Below are positions 58,389 through 64,000 of a DNA stretch of 64,000 bases, piece after piece. A program made the translations under genes and the position numbers. This stretch comes from an uncultured Candidatus Saccharibacteria bacterium (GTDB taxonomy: Bacteria; Patescibacteriota; Saccharimonadia; Saccharimonadales; Saccharimonadaceae): assembly GCA_937858705.1 (NCBI GenBank), contig CALLZM010000002.1, forward strand, positions 2,046 through 66,045, given 5' to 3'. The notes beneath the pieces were generated by a model, which was not told where the DNA came from, did not search any database, and saw nothing but the letters and a program-made list of their open reading frames with translations. The first letter of the stretch is position 1; the number at the start of each line of letters is the position of its first letter.

Positions 58389-60506
58389 ATGCGAGGAAAT
58401 ATTAAATTTATGGTGGTAGCACTATCGATGCTGACAGCCTTGGTCGTTGGCCTAGGTATTCGCACCGGTGCGGCAACCATCGACACAACCCGTGACTGTG
58501 ACAAATTTGCAGTCATAAAGTGCGGCACTATGACTGCCGCAGAGCTTCGTACCGAGTACGATAGTCTCAATGTAAATAAGTCTAACGGATCAACAACCAA
58601 GCAAGCAGATATTCCTGCAATATTTACTGCGCTTGGTATTAAACGAGCCGACTTAGATGGCAACTTCGTCAAAGGTGTTGTCTACCAAGACGGCACCGTA
58701 CGAGTAAACGGTAAAATCGTCGCAAAAAATGCGCAAACAGCTATCCGCAATGTCAGCGGTACTGCCATCAAGGGCTCGACAACAGCTAAGCTGGTATCAA
58801 CAAGCAAAATGGGTTCAGCCCAAGAAGCTCTTGTGCGACTCAATGCCAAAGGCCAATTTGTGTTCGCCGTCATGACCCCATGCGGTAACCCAGTTAAGGC
58901 TACAAATGTCGTTCCAGAGCCAGTCTACTCTTGTGACGCGTTGACACCAGGTAAAGTTGCTAAAGCAACTGACCTTAAGCGATCGTTCACCGTTAAAGCA
59001 AGCGCCGATAAGGGTGCGAGCATCAAAGACTATACTGTAGACTTCGGTGACGGCAAAAAAACTGCAAACCAAAAGAGCAACGCCTTCACACACACTTACG
59101 CTAAGCCAGGTACTTACACCGTTACAGCAAGCGTTCGAGTAGATGTTGCTGGTTCAGTAAAGACCGTTACGAGCAGTAAGTGCTCTACGAAAATCACTAT
59201 CGATAAGCCAGTTACACCAGTATATGCGTGTAAAGACATGACCGCTACTCCTAAAGAGATTAAACTTAACCAAGTAGTCACATTCGATACTACTGTAACC
59301 GCTACCGGTGGTGCAGTTGTCAAGGATTATACTTACAACTTCGGTGACGGTACTACTCAAACCGTCAAAAACTCGAAAATCACTCACGAGTACAAGAAAG
59401 CCGGCACATTCACCGCCACTGTAACTCCATCGTTCACCGTAAATGGCGCAACGAAGACACACACAAGCGCTGCTTGTAAGGAAACTATTACTGTGAAGGC
59501 AAGCCCTGCAGTCGATATTACGAAAAAGGTAAATAATACTAGCCACATTGTTGTCGAAGTCAACAAGCCGTTTGTCTATACTCTTGTCGTAACAAACCGT
59601 GGCGACATCGACCTAAAGAATGTAAAGGTAACAGATACCCCTGAAGCTGGCGTTGTTCTCCAGAGTAGCGTTGGCAATATCGGTACTATCACCAATAATA
59701 CTTGGAGCCATACTATTCCTTCGCTCAAAGTGAAAGAATCGGTAGAGTTCAAACTCAACGCAGTAGTACCTGCATACAAACCGAACAAGATCATCAATAA
59801 CGCCTGTGTTGATGCCCCAGAAGTTCCTGGCAACCCAGATGATTGCGATAAAGCAACTGTCGAAGTAAAGGAAGTGAAAGTAAAGGCCTGCAACACCGAA
59901 ACTGGTGTGATCGAATGGGTCAAACAAGGTAAAGAGAACACCCCGCCTTTTACTACCGATCTGTCGAAGTGCGACAAGGTAAAAGTATGCGATACCAAGA
60001 CTATGCTCATCACTACTGTTACACGGCACGAAGCTGAAAATAACGACCGCTATGTAGATGTAAATAGCGACAAGTGTAAAGTACAGGTCTGTGATCCAGA
60101 TACTGGCAAAATTATCACTGTGCCAAAAGAGGACGAAGATAAATACGCACCTGTCGATAGTGACAAATGTAAAGTAGAAGTCTGCGACCCAGATACAGGT
60201 AAGATCATCACTGTACCCAAGGAAGACGAAGGCAAATATGCACCGATTGATAGCGATAAGTGTAAAGTGCAAGTCTGTGATCCTGAGTCAAAAGATATCA
60301 TTACTGTACCAAAAGAAGATCAAGGCAAGTACCTACCTGTCGATAGCGATAAGTGCAAGGAAGAGCCTGTAACCCCACCAACAGATAATCCAAAAGCACC
60401 GCCAACACTACCTCAAACAGGTATGGCTGATATCCTACAAGGTATCATTGGTATCGGTACACTCACAGCCGCTAGCTACTACTACGCCGCTAGCCGCCGA
60501 TCATAG
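58389..60506 (+). CDS. LPXTG-anchored surface protein with PKD domains, a DUF11-like domain and Cys-containing 31-aa repeats
   Basis: Signal peptide MRGNIKFMVVALSMLTALVVGLGI. PKD: DFGDGKKT...HTYAKPGTYTVT (x2). The C-terminus is LPQTG plus a hydrophobic stretch plus RRS. Confidence 0.85.
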   Translation: MRGNIKFMVVALSMLTALVVGLGIRTGAATIDTTRDCDKFAVIKCGTMTAAELRTEYDSLNVNKSNGSTTKQADIPAIFTALGIKRADLDGNFVKGVVYQDGTVRVNGKIVAKNAQTAIRNVSGTAIKGSTTAKLVSTSKMGSAQEALVRLNAKGQFVFAVMTPCGNPVKATNVVPEPVYSCDALTPGKVAKATDLKRSFTVKASADKGASIKDYTVDFGDGKKTANQKSNAFTHTYAKPGTYTVTASVRVDVAGSVKTVTSSKCSTKITIDKPVTPVYACKDMTATPKEIKLNQVVTFDTTVTATGGAVVKDYTYNFGDGTTQTVKNSKITHEYKKAGTFTATVTPSFTVNGATKTHTSAACKETITVKASPAVDITKKVNNTSHIVVEVNKPFVYTLVVTNRGDIDLKNVKVTDTPEAGVVLQSSVGNIGTITNNTWSHTIPSLKVKESVEFKLNAVVPAYKPNKIINNACVDAPEVPGNPDDCDKATVEVKEVKVKACNTETGVIEWVKQGKENTPPFTTDLSKCDKVKVCDTKTMLITTVTRHEAENNDRYVDVNSDKCKVQVCDPDTGKIITVPKEDEDKYAPVDSDKCKVEVCDPDTGKIITVPKEDEGKYAPIDSDKCKVQVCDPESKDIITVPKEDQGKYLPVDSDKCKEEPVTPPTDNPKAPPTLPQTGMADILQGIIGIGTLTAASYYYAASRRS
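60066..60359 (+). repeat. three 93-bp in-frame tandem repeats plus a partial fourth
   Basis: SDKCKVQVCDPDTGKIITVPKEDEDKYAPVD with boundaries at 60066, 60159, 60252 and 60345. The copies differ at synonymous sites. Confidence 0.85.
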
Positions 60507-60553
60507 AGATTGACCGCTCTAGACTATCTAACGAGAGGTTGCTCTCAAAAGCA

Positions 60554-60584
60554 CGAAACCCCCTTTATACAAAAGGGGGTTTCG
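60554..60584. terminator. bidirectional terminator hairpin between convergent genes
   Basis: 13-bp stem CGAAACCCCCTTT/AAAGGGGGTTTCG with a 5-nt loop. Overlaps the last codons of the histidine kinase. Confidence 0.65.
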
Positions 60585-62727
60585 TTTGTACGGGGAGACT
60601 AAAGCCAAAGGTGCTGCCCTCACCTTCCTGTGATTCGAAGATCATCTCGCCACCATGCTCGGCAATAACTTTCTTTGCCAAAAAGAGCCCGACACCAGTG
60701 CCATCGGGACGGCGTTTTCTCGCGTTGCTAGCACGAAAGAACTTGCCAAACAGTCCAGCCTTTTCCGATTCTGGTACACCAATGCCCGTGTCTTTCACTG
60801 TGAACTCTACTCTATCACCCTCTTTCTTTAGTGTGATATGAATAGTTGTGTCAGGCTTTGAATAATACAGTGCGTTATCCATCATATTCAACATCACTTG
60901 CTGGATTTTACCGCCGTCAGCCAGGACGGTTGGAACATCTGGCGCCACGGCAACAGACATTGAGATATTGTGTTGGCTCGCCATGACACTCAGCATCTGC
61001 GTTTGTTCTTTCAGTAAACTCGCCAAGTCGATCGCATGCTTATCGATGATAAATTTACCCGTCTGCAACCTCGATACATTCAAAAAATCATTGATAAGCG
61101 ACACCATGCGTTCACTCGACATATACGCCTCAGTAAGTGCCGTTCGCTGTGTATCGTTGATATCGCCCATGTCGCCATCGAGCACCATATCGAGATAGCC
61201 TTTTATGCTCGTAAGTGGCGTGCGAAGCTGGTGTGATGCCATAGAAATAAACTCATCTTTTGTTTTATCGAGCTCTTGCAGCTGACGGTTGCTATCTCTC
61301 AGATCACGCGTAGCATTTTCGACGCGTTGTTTTAGCGTACTGTTCAAATCTCGTACTTCTTCTACTGATAGAGCGTTTTGCATAGCAATTGCAAGCTCAT
61401 TACTCACCATACCGAGAGTATGGACATCTCGAGGCGCATACCCTCGACCCTTATGATCGCCGATGAACAAATAGCCTAGTACTTGGCTACCTACAATTAA
61501 TCGCACCACGGCTTGGACTTTATGGCTAGCGAGTAATCGTTGCTCGTCCTCTCCCGCAGCACTATATACCATCACCTCGTCTGTTTCTTTCTGAGCTTCA
61601 AACCATTTCTCTATGAGAGCTACGGTATGCTCCGGCAGCTGTCCTTGTTCTGTATTGTAACGCCCAATCACTCCTCTGTTATTGACATAGAAGAAGGCTT
61701 TTTCAGCGCTCAGCGTCTTCCCTATATAAGCACTCGTTTGTTGCAATAGTAAAAATAAATCAGTATCGTGCGAAATAATTTTGCCAAATTCACGCAAAAA
61801 TGCGCTCTGGCTATATTGCCCTCTGTAAAATATACGATTCGTGAGCTTATCGAAAAAGAGCTTGATTGGCTGAAAGATAAATGCGAGCACGAGAGCAATG
61901 ACGATATTTGCTGGGCTCAATCCCACTCCGTCCGTCACAGTTCCACCGAAAAAGACAATCGACATACCATATGCCAGAAGAATATATATTCCCGCCATAG
62001 CCGCAACGGTAAGAGTGTAGCCGACGGTACGAACAGCAGCACGACGAATGTCGAATAATTGATGTCTTACAACCGAATAGTATAGCGCACCGACTAAAAA
62101 CACCATTGGCGTTACACCAAATTCTGTGAAAGCAAAGATACCAGTAGCCGCAGGTAATACATACGATAAAATCAGGACAAGTGGTATAACTACCATAAAA
62201 GCAAAACTTATGGATTTTAGCTGCCTCCTGGGCGTTCCTGTCTGTACTTTTAGCCCGCGTATAATTACATACACCATAAATACGACAATGAGAATAAGCA
62301 GTATGCCATACAAATCGCCTAGAGGACCGAACACAACACCGTTAACACCTTCTTGCCTCTCTATATCTTTACCGACCAAGGGAGTCGCGCTAATAATTGC
62401 AAAAGGCCACAAGAACCATTCAGCAACTTTCATGATACGACGCTCTCTGGGAAGATTCGCGATTTCTATAACAATTTTAACCAACAATACTCCTGTCACA
62501 AAACTAGATGCAAACACAAGATGATTAAAAAATACAGCTATATCATGTGGTGTGCCCAGATAATTCCCTATATGATTCGACGGTAGCCATACAGTAAGAG
62601 CAAGAGCAAACCCAGCAAGCAGCCTATTGAGAGAGGCTTTATATCCACCCCTAGCTAAAGCAAGACCCGTCAAAGTCAACAGGAGAGCAATAGTGATAGC
62701 ATCAACAATAAGATAAGTATTAAGCAT
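60565..62727 (-). CDS. multi-TM sensor histidine kinase (GAF-like plus HisKA plus HATPase_c)
   Basis: 720 aa with ~10 N-terminal TM segments, H-box FISMASHQLRTPLTSIKGY, N-box MLNMMDNALYYS and G-boxes DTGIGV, GTGVGL. Confidence 0.85.
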   Translation of the reverse strand: MLNTYLIVDAITIALLLTLTGLALARGGYKASLNRLLAGFALALTVWLPSNHIGNYLGTPHDIAVFFNHLVFASSFVTGVLLVKIVIEIANLPRERRIMKVAEWFLWPFAIISATPLVGKDIERQEGVNGVVFGPLGDLYGILLILIVVFMVYVIIRGLKVQTGTPRRQLKSISFAFMVVIPLVLILSYVLPAATGIFAFTEFGVTPMVFLVGALYYSVVRHQLFDIRRAAVRTVGYTLTVAAMAGIYILLAYGMSIVFFGGTVTDGVGLSPANIVIALVLAFIFQPIKLFFDKLTNRIFYRGQYSQSAFLREFGKIISHDTDLFLLLQQTSAYIGKTLSAEKAFFYVNNRGVIGRYNTEQGQLPEHTVALIEKWFEAQKETDEVMVYSAAGEDEQRLLASHKVQAVVRLIVGSQVLGYLFIGDHKGRGYAPRDVHTLGMVSNELAIAMQNALSVEEVRDLNSTLKQRVENATRDLRDSNRQLQELDKTKDEFISMASHQLRTPLTSIKGYLDMVLDGDMGDINDTQRTALTEAYMSSERMVSLINDFLNVSRLQTGKFIIDKHAIDLASLLKEQTQMLSVMASQHNISMSVAVAPDVPTVLADGGKIQQVMLNMMDNALYYSKPDTTIHITLKKEGDRVEFTVKDTGIGVPESEKAGLFGKFFRASNARKRRPDGTGVGLFLAKKVIAEHGGEMIFESQEGEGSTFGFSLPVQTKPPFV

Positions 62728-62779
62728 AACTACTTATTAAGTAGTATACCTTGAATTTTACATTAGTCCAACAAAAACA

Positions 62780-63958
62780 TTATTTTGACGATCGAATATG
62801 GTCATAGTAGCCGCTTGCTGCTCCCAGCCACTCTCTAACGGTAAATCCCTTACCTAAGGCCCTACCTATTTTCACGGGATATCTACCCGTATCGAGCTTA
62901 TTGCCTAGTAGTATTTCGCGACATGCCGCCGTTGCCACACCTGCCGCAACAAGTGCCGTGCTCCCCTTTTGTGGAATACCAGCCACTTCGGTGCCTATCT
63001 GTAGAGTAGATTCAATGAGTGGCGGTGTTAGGTGTGCATAGCCAATCGTGCGCGCAAAAACATCTTGCTGATCACTCTCGGGCATTGTTCCATTCAGCAA
63101 ATTCTGAGCCTCTTCATGCCTCACTCTCCCTGCATAGAGCGGCAAGGATGGATCGAGATCATGACGAACCACTTCTAGCACGGCGTTATCGTCAACATCA
63201 CTGACAGTAATATATGGAAGTCTATTGCGCTTACTAAAATCACGCATTTCAGCAGAAGACCCCATATCATCTACCTCATCTACCACCAACGACGGCATCC
63301 TTTCTCGCATACCTTCCAAAGTTTCTCGCGAAATACCTTCATGGATGTGATGCTGTACCAGGAATGGATCAAGCAAGCTCATTCTTTTTGCCGTACCGTC
63401 GATCTTTGGTAACCCTAAATCTAACATGCTTGTTTCCGAGCGACCAATACCCGACACATTAGGCTGAGCCCTATCGCTAATAGTTACCTCACGAAGGCCC
63501 AGATTTCTTATGAGTGCCAGCGTTACCACACTACCAACACTTTGCCCGCCAACAAGAACATGATTGTCTCGTAACCTGTGAAGTTGATCCCGAGTTATCA
63601 AGTTACGAAAACGGTCTGTACGCATATGGAAATAATCCGCCTCCTCGGGAAAGCGTACCACATCGCCAGACCATGGATACAGCACCCATTTCCCATATTC
63701 TCTGCCGCTAAACCTGTCTTGCTTAACATACTCTTCCAGTTCGTCTGCCGTTCCGCCTGGATGATTCAGTTCAAATAAATTGCGCGCTATTGTTCCTATG
63801 GCGTTATGAGTATTGCATACCCGACCATCACGATATGCTTGCGTCAATCTTTCTGCATCATCAGGCATGGCTAAATCAAATATATCAGGAGGTGACCAGT
63901 TCTTATTGCGAGACTCTGAAGTAGACATCATCTCCTCTAGCGATCGTTGCTGTGTCAT
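62780..63958 (-). CDS. ThiF/E1-like Rossmann protein of the Rv1355c (MoeY) N-terminal type
   Basis: 392 aa, GKWVLYPWSGDVVRFPEEADYFHMRTDRFRNLITRDQLHRLRDNHVLVGGQSVGS. Family assignment is from recalled sequence patterns only. Confidence 0.5.
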   Translation of the reverse strand: MTQQRSLEEMMSTSESRNKNWSPPDIFDLAMPDDAERLTQAYRDGRVCNTHNAIGTIARNLFELNHPGGTADELEEYVKQDRFSGREYGKWVLYPWSGDVVRFPEEADYFHMRTDRFRNLITRDQLHRLRDNHVLVGGQSVGSVVTLALIRNLGLREVTISDRAQPNVSGIGRSETSMLDLGLPKIDGTAKRMSLLDPFLVQHHIHEGISRETLEGMRERMPSLVVDEVDDMGSSAEMRDFSKRNRLPYITVSDVDDNAVLEVVRHDLDPSLPLYAGRVRHEEAQNLLNGTMPESDQQDVFARTIGYAHLTPPLIESTLQIGTEVAGIPQKGSTALVAAGVATAACREILLGNKLDTGRYPVKIGRALGKGFTVREWLGAASGYYDHIRSSK

Positions 63959-64000
63959 AGTGCAGCTGCTCCATGCCGTATATTACCCCAGAATTGTACT
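63955..64000 (-). CDS. 3' end of an unidentified upstream gene, translationally coupled (ATGA overlap)
   Basis: Open frame ...VQFWGNIRHGAAAL* whose TGA overlaps the ATG of the ThiF-like gene. Too short to identify. Confidence 0.3.
   Translation of the reverse strand, partial: VQFWGNIRHGAAAL

Noticed and set aside
60066-60359. Tandem 93-bp repeats as a possible CRISPR-like or satellite array
   Set aside because: The repeats are contiguous, in-frame and inside a long CDS. They have no spacers and encode a repeated protein module.

Overview
About 60 protein genes, one tRNA and several regulatory or relic elements, almost all on the minus strand. Most are compact housekeeping genes: uvrA/uvrC/pcrA/sbcB repair, tatA/tatC/secG export, alaS/metG/mnmA/rsmA/trhO/obg translation, pyk-pgk-tpiA lower glycolysis, and cell-wall remodelling (mltG, LysM-CHAP, Rpf-like, pgeF). 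Among them are surface or accessory genes: three type IV pilin-like genes, an LPXTG repeat protein and beta-propeller or anchored hypotheticals. The gene content (many pilins, shortened AlaS, tiny intergenic gaps, no biosynthesis) suggests a streamlined CPR/Saccharibacteria-like genome, but this is inference only. The main finding is a complete diversity-generating retroelement (DGR) at 22993-25537, consisting of an Avd-like gene, a 117-bp template repeat, an adenine-specifically diverged variable repeat at the C-terminus of a 279-aa target, and a DGR-type reverse transcriptase. Its layout is non-canonical: avd is convergent, the TR looks like its own promoter-to-terminator unit, and the RT start overlaps the obg stop. 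The second theme is candidate phase variation. Poly-G tracts of 9-10 nt sit inside the promoter spacers of two adjacent surface genes, a G7 tract lies upstream of a third, a C9 tract lies inside a CDS, and a pilin gene is split by an A7 tract that is also a classic -1 slippery heptamer. Other observations are a decayed stretch (mnmA 3' relic plus a 5'-truncated PG-binding/FN3/GDPD gene), a structured terminator-containing region upstream of pyk, and -10 boxes 6-9 nt from start codons that suggest leaderless mRNAs. No rRNA, CRISPR array, transposase or integrase was seen. All counts and coordinates were derived by hand from the sequence and ORF track, and no database search was possible.
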